Of a DNA stretch of 64,000 nt, positions 39,986-53,007 are shown one piece after another. The DNA is from Hydractinia symbiolongicarpus. Lineage: Eukaryota. The stretch lies in contig NC_079880.1 of assembly GCF_029227915.1 (NCBI RefSeq), positions 19,579,855-19,643,854 on the forward strand. Reading direction: 5' to 3'. The notes beneath the pieces were generated by a model that had not been told where the DNA came from, ran no database searches, and saw only the letters and a program-made list of their open reading frames with translations. The position numbers and the translations under genes are program-made. Position 1 is the first letter of the stretch; each line of letters begins with the position of its first letter.

Positions 39986-42900
39986 AGACTTTGCGTATAA
40001 CTATAATAGATAAGGTATATAAAGCAGTAAGGGACTACACTCTGTCGTATCACTAATGTGCTTGGATTCAGCATGGTAACTTAAATGTCGTACATTTTGT
40101 AACTCTCACAGAACTTTACATGTTTTCATGAATTGTAAGATAATGTGACTTTTTTGTGAAATTTCCTGAACGTCATGTATTCCTACTATACATACAAAGT
40201 TATATTTAATATGATTTTCAACTTTTGCTAACTGCAACAATTAGTACCAAACAATGCAAGACATTGATAATAATACATCTTAAAATTAGTTTTTTTTTTG
40301 CTTCACCTTTAAAAAAGTCAAAATCATTAAAATTTTTGCAAATGCTTTTGGTATTGTCTTTTATTTCTTAGCAACAGTTTGTAATAATATAAAAGTCTTT
40401 TTAGTTTTCTTCCAATTGAAGTAAATAATGTTTTTGCCCTCAATTTCCTTTTACTTTATATTAGTTACCTAAGATAACAGAATGGCTTATGCTTTTTCTT
40501 CATTCTTTCTCAAGAGCATTGTTTGCATGACATAAGCGTGTCTTTAATAGTACCGTATAAAATACTGGTTCAAACCTAGTGTGAAATTTTCTTCCTTGTC
40601 TTTAATCTTCAAATTCTGTGGGACTGAATATAAATAATTACTGAATAAAAATAAAATAAAAAGAATGTAAATGGTTGCCAGGCAGAAATAAACAACATAT
40701 ATGGATTCTTTTTTTAATGCACTGTATATTTTGTTTATTTTTCTATACATATGTAATATGGTCATGAAATTTTTTTAGCACATTTTCAGAGATAGAAAAG
40801 TTAACTGTACTAAATCTATTATTTAATTCATTTGATAATTCTTTCAGGAATTTTATTTTTCTCGTTTCAGTCTGTTTAAATTATTTATATACAATACAAA
40901 AAATATGTTTTACTAAGAGATCTCACATTAAAGCTTTTTAGCATGGCTAGAATATTTTGACGAGCATGTGTTTTGTTTCGTAGTGATATATGCTATATAT
41001 TTAAGTTGATGAAAGAAAATATGTGTAAAAATTGCAGAGAATGGTATTAGATGTTTCTTTGATCAAAAAATCTATCTAAGAGAATAGTTTAAACTAAAAT
41101 TATAAAATAAAATCTCTCCATCGTAGAGTAGAGATAAGTAGACTGTTGTAGATTGTTTTTATTTGCAGCTTTAATAAAAGCAGATGTTAGGAACTATTTG
41201 TTTGTTTGTTTATTTTATACAGGGTAAGGGGTTTTATATAGTGTAAACAAAGGCAACATTTTGTTTCTGCTTTTGTTTGTTTATTTTTTTATAGGCTGTC
41301 TTGTGTTAATAAATGAACAGCTAAATGTTGGATTATGTGTAAATAGATAATTTAGAATCCAACTAGAAAAAAGCTTATATGTCTATTCAAATACAAGCAC
41401 ATTATGGGAAACATAACCTATACTTTAATAATTTCTTTATGTAGCTTGTAACTTGAATCGAGAAAAAACATTGGTAAACTAAATAGACTCTGGAGAGGTT
41501 GTTGCTTCCCTAAACAACATGAGAAATAGCAATGCCTGTTAAAAAACACACCATATAATGTGAACAAAAGTTTAAGCTTGATTTTGTTTTGTTATGACCT
41601 GTTTTTGAAAAGCCAAGATATTCTATTTATTAATTATGTTGATGTAATGTGCCATTTATGGCTAGTGTGAAATAAAAGTTTATTGTTTGAGAACTGAACT
41701 ATAATTTGTGCATGAAAATGTTGGTGTGTATTGCATTTGTAAACATGGTGTGATTAAAACCAAGGAGTCAATCCTGTTTATGTAATAGTTCAAAGAGAGA
41801 GAAAATATGTTCTGCGAAACGTGACTTGATTTTATTTTGTTGTGTCATGTTTGTCACAAGCCAAGAAATTCTATTTATATTATAAATTTACTCTGTTCAA
41901 GCAGGTTAGGTCATTTAAAGCCAAAAGTAGATCACGAAAAAGACACGTCTATTCTTGTAAAAAAACTTTATGTAACAACTGTTGTACAATTTTTTGGTTA
42001 TTGTAAGTGGTGGAATCCTTTATACGTAATCATAATGCTAAAATTAGAAGCGTAAAGTAGTGGATTTTTTTATATGGTTTGCCTTGTACTTGCATTATTG
42101 TGGCATGAAATGTGTATTGGTGGGAATATGTTTATTGGTGTCATATTAAAGAAAATTTATGTTTCATGCAAACAGTAAACAACAAAATATACAATTTAAA
42201 CTTCTTGTTTTTATTTTATTTTTTAGTCTCATTTAGTTTGTCTGAGTGTTAAGGACGTAAGAAAAACAACAGATGTTCTTCATCTAATTCAAGATGTCTC
42301 TAACACCTTTCAAGAATTCACATATATTGGAATTTGCAGTGATATAAGACGTTTTGCATATTCACTATGAGTTTTATAACTTTGTTCTTTTTCAATACCA
42401 AATATGTTCATGCTTGTCTGAGTAATTCTTGTACGAACTTAGTGTTTACGCTTTTAAGAGTTTGTTTTTAGTGTGTGCAACCTGATATTGGCATATTAAA
42501 AGAGGTGAAATAAAATATGATTATAAGATTGTGAGGTTTATGGTTTTGATGGCTATGGTAGCAGATATAAGTGTAATAATGTAGCATTTCTGGTTGGTAT
42601 AAAAGAAAAGTTTATTGTTAGAAAATTGAGCTAGATCTGATAACTTGTGCATGATAATGTTGGTGTAAATAGAGTATTGCAATTGTAAACATGGTGCGAT
42701 TAAAACCAAGGAGTCATTCTTGTTTAGTGTATAGTTCAAAGGTACAGAAAATGTTTGTTGCTGAATTTGACAGCAAAATACAGCAAAGTAATCCCTTTTA
42801 TCTTAGTTTTTATATTCTCTCAGACCAAACTTGACAACTATCTTAAAGGTTAAACCTGTATCCGTTTGGATGTAAGGTAATTGCCCTAAGCATAGTGTTC

Positions 42901-43306
42901 CTGATTTTTATAGCAACTGGACAGGCTAGTATGTGTTTTATAGGAAAATTCTTGTCCGAATAATACTCTGTTAAAGTTTATATTGAACAATCTCAGTTTG
43001 TTATTGCTTTTGTGATGTTGAAAAATACTTTATTAATAGATTGCCAAGTTGCCAATCTATTAAGCCCCCTTCAAATAAACATTTCATTTCTGAATAATAA
43101 GCCTCCAAGCCATAAATTGAGTATTTAATGACAATTTCTTTTCGGAATTTTGACCTCAATGTATTGACTTTCTAAATTTATGCAGTGGCAGTGATTGTTT
43201 TCCTTTTGTTATGCCTTTATCAACAGTTAAAGCTTATTGGGACCTGTATTTATTTTTACTGATTGAGTGATAAATATATTTGATATCGAAATTCCCTCTT
43301 TTTTAG

Positions 43307-43395
43307 AATGCTTCAGATGGTAACAAAATACAGCCATCATATTCAGGAAGTAACTTAAACGAGAGCGAATGTTCTGCAGACGTTAAGAAAACAAA
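43307..43395 (+). CDS. TMCC-family gene exon
   Basis: Acceptor ctcttttttag, donor GTAAGA. Only one frame is open, giving NASDGNKIQPSYSGSNLNESECSADVKKTK. Phase 2 out matches the next exon. Confidence 0.5.
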
Positions 43396-43953
43396 GTAAG
43401 AGAAAGAATTTTTCTTTACTTTTCTTTAACAAAATTAGTTTTTACATTTTTAATAAAAAAGACCCATGTGAAGCATTTCACTTAAAATTTAAAAATAAAT
43501 ATAAAAATGTTAATTAAATATAAAAATGTTTACACATGTTTGGCAAATTTTCGTAAACGTTGACAGGTCATCTATTGCATCATGCTAATGTTACTTATTT
43601 GGCAAGATCTTCTATTGCTAATGTCTAAGGTTGTAATGGTAAAATAAATTGCATGATGTAAATAATTGATCTTATGGAAACCAGGCTTTGCAGAATCAAA
43701 TGCAAATGTTACAAGATTTTGCATTTGATTGTTTTTAAAGTTTATGAATATAAAGCTAAATAAAAATAATTTTAGATCTTATAAAATCTTTTTTCCAGCG
43801 ATTAGAACAGAAAATTGAAAAAATCAAAAAAAATTTCATTGTTGTTAAATTCCCAACTGTAATGTTTATTATATTGTTGTGTATTACTTTTAGGACTGTT
43901 GTTGATATGTCATTTAACTGGCCTAACTAACTAAAATTAAATTATTTACTTAG

Positions 43954-44164
43954 TTCGAAAGATGAAATGAGGAAGAAATCACGTCCTGGCGAAAACAACA
44001 ATATAAGCAACAGTGTCTCTTTGTATGAGCAGCTGAAAGAACAGAGTGATAGAACAGACTTGAGTGCCAGTCACAATTGGCATACAAGCGCTAGTCGCGT
44101 CAGCAGCTCAGTTGATTCCAATGATCCCTTCATAGTGGTGGAATCTTTTATGAATGATGATTCG
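43954..44164 (+). CDS. TMCC-family gene exon
   Basis: Acceptor tttacttag, donor GTATGT. Peptide (N)SKDEMRKKSRPGENNNISNSVSLYEQLKEQSDRTDLSASHNWHTSASRVSSSVDSNDPFIVVESFMNDDS. This is a Ser-rich N-terminal region as found in TMCC proteins. Confidence 0.55.
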
Positions 44165-44391
44165 GTATGTATACACTTTCTTAATACTATTGTTATGAAA
44201 CATGTAAAGTTGAGTTAAAACAAAAATGATAGGTGTAGAATCTGCACAAGTCAGCTGTTAAGGTATGATAATCATATTTATATTCAGTGCTTTATTTAAG
44301 CCCCTTGTGTGCGATGAAATTTAGTTATTATTATTATCTTTTTTGCTTCGTGGAAAGACAGTTAATACACATGAATACGTATCTTTTTCAG

Positions 44392-44454
44392 TTTGAAGAT
44401 ACAGCTAGTCAATATGAAACAGATGAGGTGGATGGAGGCTGTCCTTCAGAAGAG
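44392..44454 (+). CDS. TMCC-family gene exon
   Basis: Acceptor tctttttcag, donor GTAATT. Peptide FEDTASQYETDEVDGGCPSEE. Confidence 0.55.
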
Positions 44455-45778
44455 GTAATTTTTTGTTTTGTTTTCACATTAATTCAAAGCTTAGTTGGTG
44501 CAGAATGTAGGTCTGACGTAGTCATACTGAGATCTGTTGCCAGATGCTACATGTTTATCTGCTCAGACAATACGCTTTCTTTTTAAAAAACGTGAGGTTT
44601 GAGTGAGAACTCCACTTTTTAATTATTCTTAAATAGAAAGTTATTATGAGTCCTTCTAGAGATTATCATTTTGGCATATCCGAAAGCGTATTATCAGGTA
44701 TCGAATTAAATGATAGACACAAGATTTTTGAAAAGAACTCTTTGGTGTTTTTTTTTTATTTTTGATATTAAATTGTTTTTACCTTTCTGTGTAATGTAAT
44801 TTTTATAAACCGTATCTATTTGATTTTTTATTTACACCTGGCTTTTACGCAGACAGGGTTTGACAAATGTTTAAATGTATTGGTCCTTTTTTAGTATAAT
44901 TATTTCTGCACATAACAGACCAAGCTACAAACTATCTTTTGCACGACCAGTGTTGTGTGTTCATACACATATGATGCAATGTGTATGACCATGTAAACCT
45001 AGCTTTATATATGATCAAATTGTGTGTGACCCCAGCATGTTTCGCTCATATGACCGTGTGCACCCAGCCTTCAATCGAATGATGTATAACCATCATGCAT
45101 GATTTGATTCATATGGCCATGTATATTCAACCTTACAGAATCAATTCATTTTTTATAAGGTCGTTCTGTCTAGGTTGTTGCTTTGAAATGCTACTTATGC
45201 GACGCAGTTTTTGAAATTGGAATATCTTAAGAATACAAATACACAATATAAATAATTTGTTTTTGATGTTGCAGCTGGAAAGTTTAATATGAAAAAAAAG
45301 AAATAAGTTTCACTGCACACAGATATTGTTGCACGTGGTTGTTCAAACTTTAAGCAATCAGTTTGACTTAGTTTTAAAAATTGGACTGTTTTTATAAATT
45401 TACGAGAAGAAAACCATAAATTATGATAATTACTAGTATAATACTGTACCCCTTTAAATGGATTTTCTTTCATTAACTCCTCATATAAGAAGACATTTAG
45501 AACATCTTTCCTAATCCCCCTCTATCAATTAATGTTCGTTTAAATCATGGTGGTCAAACAAGAGGTTTTGGTAGTGCTTAAGAAATGAAATTACACTTGT
45601 TTTTAATTTCTACTTGTTTCCAAAGAAAATGTAATTTATAAAATTAAAGCTATTTAAAAGCTCCTCCCAGTGAGACGTTCAGCGAAAACCAAAATTTTAA
45701 CTATTAGAAAGAAAGAAATTATTGTATATTAAATTTATGAATATATAATTTTATATTCGTCTATTTTCTTTAAAATAG

Positions 45779-45863
45779 TACACAGCTCAAGAAATTGAAC
45801 GGCTGTTGAAGAAAGTTGAGAGGACACGCGAGGAATTAATTCGCATGCAAGCTACTAAAGACG
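45779..45863 (+). CDS. TMCC-family gene exon (coiled coil)
   Basis: Acceptor ..taaaatag, donor GTAAGT. Peptide YTAQEIERLLKKVERTREELIRMQATKD. Confidence 0.6.
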
Positions 45864-46076
45864 GTAAGTGGATATGACATGAAGGTGTAGTGATGATCCT
45901 GAATACTTTTGTTGTTAGCTTTGTTGAAGGAGAGTTCTGAAAAGTTTGCATCATGTTGTCTCCCACTGCTTTGGATGACTGATAAGTTTGTCGTGACGTC
46001 TAAGTGTCATGCTCTACAACACCGTCAAAAAGTGTCGTTCTGCTTTTCAACTGGTGCATTTTCTTTTTGATCGTAG

Positions 46077-46137
46077 AGAATGTTAAGGAGTACCTGAAAA
46101 CTGTGGACAGTGTTAGTGAGAGCACTGTCAATCAAAA
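46077..46137 (+). CDS. TMCC-family gene exon
   Basis: Acceptor tcgtag, donor GTAAGT. Peptide (E)NVKEYLKTVDSVSESTVNQ. Phases are consistent with neighbours. Confidence 0.55.
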
Positions 46138-46335
46138 GTAAGTCATTTTTCTCTTCCACATAATTGATAGTCTTCATAGTGTTCTCGATACTGCTAACAT
46201 GCTCAAACCTTTCTTTTGCACCTACAATCTTCTACAGAGAATCACAAGGATAGCTTTTCAATTTCTGTGTTTATGTCATTTATGTTCATCATTTGTGTTT
46301 GTCAGTAATTATTTTATGATTTTGTTTGCTTGCAG

Positions 46336-46429
46336 AAGTAAAATGAATTTCGAAAAGAATAATCTGAAAACGAACAGTAGCATTCAGATCTTACAGAAGA
46401 AGTTAGAAAAGTATCAACAACAACTCAAG
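46336..46429 (+). CDS. TMCC-family gene exon
   Basis: Acceptor ttgcttgcag, donor GTAATT. Peptide (K)SKMNFEKNNLKTNSSIQILQKKLEKYQQQLK. Confidence 0.6.
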
Positions 46430-46439
46430 GTAATTTTAT

Positions 46440-47040
46440 TTATATCTAACGTCGTCGTTGCTGTTATCATCTACTTCGTGTTGTCGTCTTTTGTTCGTCG
46501 AAAACGTTGTCTTCGCCATCGCCCTCAGTTTTCTTGTCATTTTTGTTATCAACTTCGTTGTTGCTATCTCCGATGTCGCCATCATTTTTTCGTCGTTGTT
46601 GTTTTTGCCGCAACGAAGTCACATTTTTTTTTGGTCATTACCGTTATGTTTGTTGTCGTTCACACCGTTGTTGTTGTATTGAATCATCGTTGTCGGTATG
46701 GTTTGTGCTATCTTCGTCGTCGTTGTCGTTGTTATATTGAGTCATTGTTGTCGGTATGGTTTTCGTTATCTTCGTTGTCATTGTCGTTTATTATATTAAA
46801 TCATCGTTGTCGGTTTAGTTGTCGTTATTTTTGTCGTTATTGTCTTTATCTTGTTGTCATCATATTAAGTCTTAGTTGTTGTCGTTATTTTCGTCGTCCT
46901 TATCATTTGTTATAGAAAATACCCCGTTATCGGTTTGGTTGTCGTTATCTTCGTCGTTGTTGTCTTCATCTTGTTGTCATTATATTAAGTCTTAGCTGCT
47001 GTCGTTATTTTCATTGTCGTCACCGCTGCTTCGTTTTCTT
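46440..47040. repeat. Intronic minisatellite (GTCGTTGTC-rich, ~60-bp higher-order units)
   Basis: Repeated TCGTCGTTGTCGTT / ATCATCGTTGTCGGTATGGTTT units. Spurious ORFs at 46199-46915 fall inside it. Confidence 0.8.
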
Positions 47041-47137
47041 TTGGTGTTTAACAGAACATAATGGTTAATATTTTTTATGTTATATGTGTGCGTATAATAT
47101 GTAAGGTATAAAGGGGAACTTTTTTTCAATCGTCTAG

Positions 47138-47181
47138 GCGTTAGAAGAGCGGGGCATCCATGGTCCAAGAAGAATTATCAG
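47138..47181 (+). CDS. TMCC-family gene exon
   Basis: Acceptor cgtctag, donor GTAAAA. Peptide ALEERGIHGPRRII. Confidence 0.5.
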
Positions 47182-47359
47182 GTAAAAAAATAGCTACATT
47201 TAAAGTCTGTTTGTAAATATAAAATTTTGACTTTCGAAAAGTTGATTTAGGTGTTGCCGTCGTCAATTATATTTTTCACATTTTTTGCTGTGTGTTTTCT
47301 CGCTGATATTGTGCGTGTATAAAATTTTAGTAAGATTCCTAATTTATATTGTCTTCTAG

Positions 47360-47404
47360 AGTCGTTCAAGATTCGGTTAGATCAGGAGCATCGAGCATAA
47401 CTGG
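47360..47404 (+). CDS. TMCC-family gene exon
   Basis: Acceptor gtcttctag, donor GTAAGC. Only one frame is open, giving (R)VVQDSVRSGASSIT. Confidence 0.5.
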
Positions 47405-47926
47405 GTAAGCAAGTCCTGTTCGAGTAACGTTTCGAAATTTCGGTGTTGTTTCTTTGCCGTCGCATAAAACAAGATTAAAAAATTCAAAATTGCAATTATT
47501 GGACATTCAGCGAGATCATGAATAATTTATATGTATTTTTCTTATTTTCTTTTATCACAAAAAGTCTAAATATATGTATTAAAATGGTGTTTGGATATAC
47601 TGGATTCTCTCTTGTTGAATGAATCTTAATGTTGGATAATTCTGATTTTTTTTTGGTAAGATTGTTAACTTGCTAACGCGTGTGAATATTTAAACAGCGA
47701 GGCAGCACATATCCAGCGAGTTTTATGTTTATGTTGGACACACGATATTATATGCATATAAAACACTGCTTATTAGAATAGAAACACTAAAACATTAATT
47801 CTTAGTGCTGTATCAAAACCGTTGGAATCAATAAATCAATTTATGAAGAAGGAAAAGAAGAATTCCAGTTTTGAAAATGTACCTTACACAAACAGTCATA
47901 GTATGGATGATTTATTCCTTTGTTTT

Positions 47927-47945
47927 TTTGTGTGTGTGTGTGTGT
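47927..47945. repeat. (GT)n microsatellite
   Basis: A short dinucleotide run visible in the sequence. Confidence 0.9.
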
Positions 47946-48611
47946 TTTTTTTTGTGTTCGTTCGTTTTTTGTGTTCAAAGAAAGGTTGATAAACTGGACT
48001 GGTTGTGTCAGTTTAATCAGTTTTTTGAAACATGAATTTTGATCAAGGTAGTTTTTGTAATGACAGATTTTCTCTATAAATCGTGAGAATTAGCATATTG
48101 TTATACTCAATTTTTTTTAATACTCAATTTTTTTTAAATCGCACTGTCAATTTGCCTTGCCCGGATTATCCAACGACTGTCGGAGTTGTCCGTAAAGTGT
48201 GGTTAACATAAAAATTGATGACTCATTTGGCTATACCGTTTTGTTTAGCGGATGACGAAACGGAGAGACATTTCTTTAACAATAATGCAAATACTAGGTA
48301 TGTAAAAACAAAATCATGCTGGTGACTTGTGTTTAGTGCACCACGTGCTATTTGGTGTCTCTTCATGTGATGTTTGTATTTCCTGATTTCTTCTTCTACC
48401 ACCTGTATTGAACAAATGACTCATCAATGTCATTAGTCGAAGAAGAGCTTCAAAGGGCGTGGCACTTTGTTGAGACCGTTTGTATTGTTAATAATGACCA
48501 TTGTTATTGTGCATGACCAATTATCACAAAAATGATAGTGTGATCCCAGCCTTAAACTTTGTTGTCACTTTCACCATTGTTGTCATCCAATTCCTATTTT
48601 TATTGCCATAG

Positions 48612-48650
48612 TGATGACGAAAATAATTCTAGTTCAAGTTCAAACCAACA
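48612..48650 (+). CDS. TMCC-family gene exon (DDE-starting cassette)
   Basis: Acceptor ttgccatag, donor GTAAGT. Peptide (G)DDENNSSSSSNQ. Its phase matches both flanking exons. The similar candidate at 48249-48297 does not fit. Confidence 0.5.
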
Positions 48651-48837
48651 GTAAGTAAATTTGTATTTGATCAGTCGGTCGGTCGGTCGGTTGTTTGGTT
48701 CGTGCTTCTTCTGCGACAGTCTGATTTAAGCAATGCACCAATTTTAAAAGAAAGCAGATCCTGTAAAAAGTAAACGAACAGGACATATAATAAAAGCAGA
48801 GTATATTGGAATCATGTGTATTGTTTTTATGTTACAG

Positions 48838-48961
48838 AATCACAGCACTTGCAACCGACTACGCGAAAACAAACGGCAAATTATATACAAAACAACAAGA
48901 ACGTATCGATAAACTGGAAAAAGAGAACGAAGAGTTTCGAGAAAGTATTTCCTCCCTAAAG
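48838..48961 (+). CDS. TMCC-family gene exon (coiled coil)
   Basis: Acceptor tgttacag, donor GTAAGC. Peptide (Q)ITALATDYAKTNGKLYTKQQERIDKLEKENEEFRESISSLK. Confidence 0.65.
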
Positions 48962-49591
48962 GTAAGCTTTCATTTGTTGTTGTCAGAAGTTTGTGGACGC
49001 ATTTTCAAAAAGAAGTATTTGTGGGTGCACCTTCTAAGCTAAATATTTATGATGTTCTATGTAGAAGTAAACATGGTATATGTGTTTCTATGAATAACTA
49101 TTTGTGGGTGCACTTTCTAAGCTAAATATTTATGATGTTCTATGTGGCAGGAAACATGGTATATGTGTTACGGGATTCATTTTTAGGATGGTCTTGAAAC
49201 CGTGATAAACTCCTTGCAAAAAGAAAAATATAAATCAGATGTGAGTTGTTGTTTGTTGTTTTTTGTTGTGTAGAATTATTTACCCGGAGTTACCTCTTCA
49301 ACTTCAATTGGAGTAACTATTAACACGAGGGTGGTCTTCCTGCATATAAAGGACTTTTTAAACAAGGAAACCCGTACAAGTGATAGGGTAACCTGCTCGT
49401 TGACCGTTTTTTACCCGTACCCGTGGTTTCACTCTCTTTAAAATGCGCTTTTTTTACTGCTAACATTGCCATTGATTTTGAACATCGATACTAAGCAGAC
49501 TCTACATTGTTTGACGAAGGGATAAGGCTATTAATTTTATATGTAAGCAATTATCCTTGGTCATACTCAGTGTTGTCACTATTATTTTCAG

Positions 49592-49660
49592 CAATTACGA
49601 AGTCAGATGGATGATATGTATAACCAATGGAATGACCTTACTGAATTGCATCAAAACGAG
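49592..49660 (+). CDS. TMCC-family gene exon
   Basis: Acceptor attattttcag, donor GTTGGT. Peptide QLRSQMDDMYNQWNDLTELHQNE. Confidence 0.6.
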
Positions 49661-49741
49661 GTTGGTTACTCATACACGCAGGTTATATTTAGGGACTGGA
49701 AACCCATGTCATGCGTTTAATAAAATAACGATTTCGTTTAG

Positions 49742-49858
49742 ATGATGGGCTTAAAGCAAGAAATGGATCGCACAGCGGAGAATATCGAAAGAATCGATTA
49801 TCGATTCGCTGAACGAGCTGGAGAAATAGAAGAAGACGTTGAGAGCTGTGTGACCAGG
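49742..49858 (+). CDS. TMCC-family gene exon
   Basis: Acceptor tttcgtttag, donor GTATTT. Peptide MMGLKQEMDRTAENIERIDYRFAERAGEIEEDVESCVTR. Confidence 0.65.
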
Positions 49859-50824
49859 GTATTTTTACTTTTTATTCCTAATTTCTCTGCAGAAATAGGT
49901 CTTAGTAGCAATGGAAACAAATGCAGTTTTTTCGTCATTTTTTACACACAACTCTGCAGCTGGCAGGATGCAAAGGCGCTACTGTGTGTGGAGCGTGTGA
50001 AGTTCGCTAGCAGCACTCTTTAGCGTTCAAGAAAATGGTTGTGCTTACGTCAGCAACAGTAGGAATGTTTTGAAAGTATGGTTTTAACGAAATAACTTAA
50101 GATCCTAAGTGCTACGTCTATTTTAACTTTTACAAGATGAAAAATCGCGACTCTAGTATAGAAACAATTAATATAATCCCTTGTGGCGGCTAAATTCGAA
50201 ATTAACCGTGCTGTTTTATACATTTTGTCCATGATTGTAGAGTATTTTTATGCTTCTTTATTAACATATCTGCGCATGCGCTCAAGATTATACCCTAACG
50301 TAGAAAGAAAATAAACACAGTGAAAAGCTGATATCGATATAAAGTGGATATGTAGTTCAAATTGGCGGTATAGTTTGTTTCATCTTGTCAGCATAAGTCT
50401 AAATGAAAGTTTGTTGAGCGTACTCCAAAACTTGTTTATTCGAGCTTGTAATAAATTAACCTTTAAAGTCTCACCTGCTTTTAAAACAACTCTTTTTATT
50501 ATTCAAAACATAATTGGCTTGAGTCGCGAATGAGTGATGGTTAGTACCTAGATAGCCCAACTCATCCTTTTTTCTAAAACATGAAGCAATTTTCATCGCT
50601 AGTTGGTCCTCAGGCGTTATGGCAGTACAACTGTGGGGTGGTTTTTGCTCGATTTTGGCCCAAAAATTTACCCGATTTGGCCCAAAAAATTCCGTAGCGT
50701 AGATTGTGAATGCCCGAAACAAGTCAGTTAGAAAAAGTTCCAATCAAGTATCACTTTTAGATGGTTAATTGGGCATATTCTAATTTCCTGACTTGCTTTT
50801 TATGTCACAGTTTTTTTCTTCTAG

Positions 50825-51009
50825 ATCACAAAAATGGAGTTGGAGCAGCATCAAAATCAACAACATGCAGTTTCAGTAGAGAGTTATTTCGACGGCAACG
50901 CGAAACAACTTTTATCCAAACTACTTAGTCTTGTCATATCCATCTTCGCTATTTTACTCGTTATTACGTCATCATTCCTAAAAGTCATTCTTCCGTTTGC
51001 TTCGACAAG
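50825..51009 (+). CDS. TMCC-family gene exon (first TM helix)
   Basis: Acceptor ttcttctag, donor GTAGGA. Peptide ITKMELEQHQNQQHAVSVESYFDGNAKQLLSKLLSLVISIFAILLVITSSFLKVILPFAST matches the TMCC C-terminal block (..LARLINMVLAVLAVLLVFVSTIANCVVPLMKT..). Confidence 0.7.
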
Positions 51010-51315
51010 GTAGGAGGGCCAAGGTCTTTTTTTGTATTGGATTAAACTAGCTACGTGATTTTTGAAATGACTGCGTGTAGACTTTTAAATTACGCGGATA
51101 TTGCTACAGTAAGATGAATTTTAGGTAAGTTATAGTCCTGGCGACAATATATGCCGTGGCGTAAATCACGTTAGAATATTTATTCGGCTCGCGTACCGAC
51201 CCGCTCTATGTCGGTTTTTTTGTCGGTACTTTTTTTTAAACGGGGATGACCAAACAAATGTTTAGCTGTGTTGATTCTACTTCGTGTTTTGTTTATTTGT
51301 TTATTTGTTTTATAG

Positions 51316-51520
51316 GTCCCGTATCATCACAGTTATTGTCACCATTTCAACGATCGTCATATTACGTCGGAATTCTGATCACGTGATCGTACAGACTGTC
51401 TTATATTACGCAAACAAACTGTTCGAACCTATATATGACAGATTGTCGACAAGAACTAATGAAGCGGGTATAGATACCACTATTGAGTTCAAACACGGTA
51501 CATTTACCAAAGATAGGTAG
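51316..51520 (+). CDS. TMCC-family gene terminal exon (second TM helix, stop at 51518-51520)
   Basis: Acceptor tttatag. Peptide (R)SRIITVIVTISTIVILRRNSDHVIVQTVLYYANKLFEPIYDRLSTRTNEAGIDTTIEFKHGTFTKDR* matches TMCC RNRTFSTLFLVVFIAFLWKHWDALFSYVERFF. Confidence 0.7.
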
Positions 51521-53007
51521 CACATAGTGACGTAGGTTTTTTATATCGTTTATAAATAATTCGTTCATTATATGCTGTCTACACCAAGAATCTGCATACT
51601 GCTGTGCACAACATTAGTGAAAAACCGTGAAACATATTCGTGGTTAGTTATATGAAGAACTCGCCGCTACATATTTGTGATAGCAGTCTTAATAAAATGC
51701 CGTTACTAGTTTATAATATCAGTCTCGATAATCTGTCTTTAGACCTTTGTAATAGTAGTCTTGATAATCTTAGATAATTTATTAGCGTTAATCCTTATTG
51801 TAAATTTATTGGATCTGTACCAATAGGTATTTTTGTGCATGATATCATAAAATTGCATAATGGCTACTCCTCGATAATGTGCTGGATTGATCCGTGTTGA
51901 GCATTTGTTTTTGTGCGACTTGCAGGTTAATGTTTTTAACATGGTTTTCTTGTATCGTTTAATACGTTTGGGTTTTCTGGTCTCCAGTTGTATACTGTTT
52001 AGTTAATGTCCATGATTCGTATCAGCAGCGTGCTAATTTCCATTAATTGTCGCACAGAGCAAAAGCAGAGCTTTGAACATTTTTTGCCATATTTTGCAAA
52101 CATCTCTCAACGAAAGGCACTTGTCAAGTTGGTAAGAAAACTAAACTAACCATCTTTTTAAATGCTTTTTTATCTTAACAATTTTTTTAGACAATAAATT
52201 TAGCGTGTATGTTTCAATTAGTTGAATATTTATTTTTCTAAAGTTGTAATTATTCTTTTTAGTGTATAATATTCTAACTCTGCATAAATTATATATATAC
52301 CATAATCCTTTGCAAGCTGAATTCGCAATGTCCATTTACTTTTAGAAGTCGTCTATGCTGTTTTGTAAATATACAATTTCTCGCAATGTAATGATTATTG
52401 TTTAACCATAAATTATTTTTACTATTCTTTGTCAATCTTGTTCCCAGACCTTTTGGACAGATATGGGTGGAGCGTCAAGTATATCGTCTTTGTTGCTCTA
52501 AATGTATCTTTAATACCTTCCTAACTTCTTTAGCACTAATCTTTTTCTGTTATACTTAGTAAGTAATGAAATAAGTTAACTTGAGTGCGGAATTCTATTT
52601 ATGTTACAAAAACATGACATGAAATTGGATTTTAAGGTTTTTACCTTTGCGTAGAAGAAACATCTGTTCTCCATCGTAGTGCCTATTTTTATACAAAATT
52701 TTAGCAAAGTTGTAGTAAATACAGTTTAATATTTCCAGTTTAACATTTAAATTTTTTTTACCCACTTTGTATGATATCGGAACAAACATACTCGATCCAC
52801 CACTTATTTTACAGTCCTAAATTATAAGATGAGATAGAGCATGGTTAATCATTTCTATTCCCTAAATTTGCTAATTTTTATTTCCAAACATGATGCAAAG
52901 ATTACCACTGCTTGGTTCTTATGTCAAGAGATTTATTTATAACCTAGTTGCTAAGTAACATGATTGGAAAACCTTAACACATTCTTTCAATTTTTTCCAA
53001 GATAATA

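Noticed and set aside
46199-46915. 238-aa ORF and nested ORFs.
   Set aside because: They lie within the GTCGTTGTC-rich intronic minisatellite and are flanked by well-supported TMCC exons in another arrangement.
48249-48297. DDETERHFFNNNANT mini-exon candidate in TMCC.
   Set aside because: The phase is incompatible with both the preceding exon (47360-47404) and with 47138-47181. The sister exon at 48612-48650 fits.
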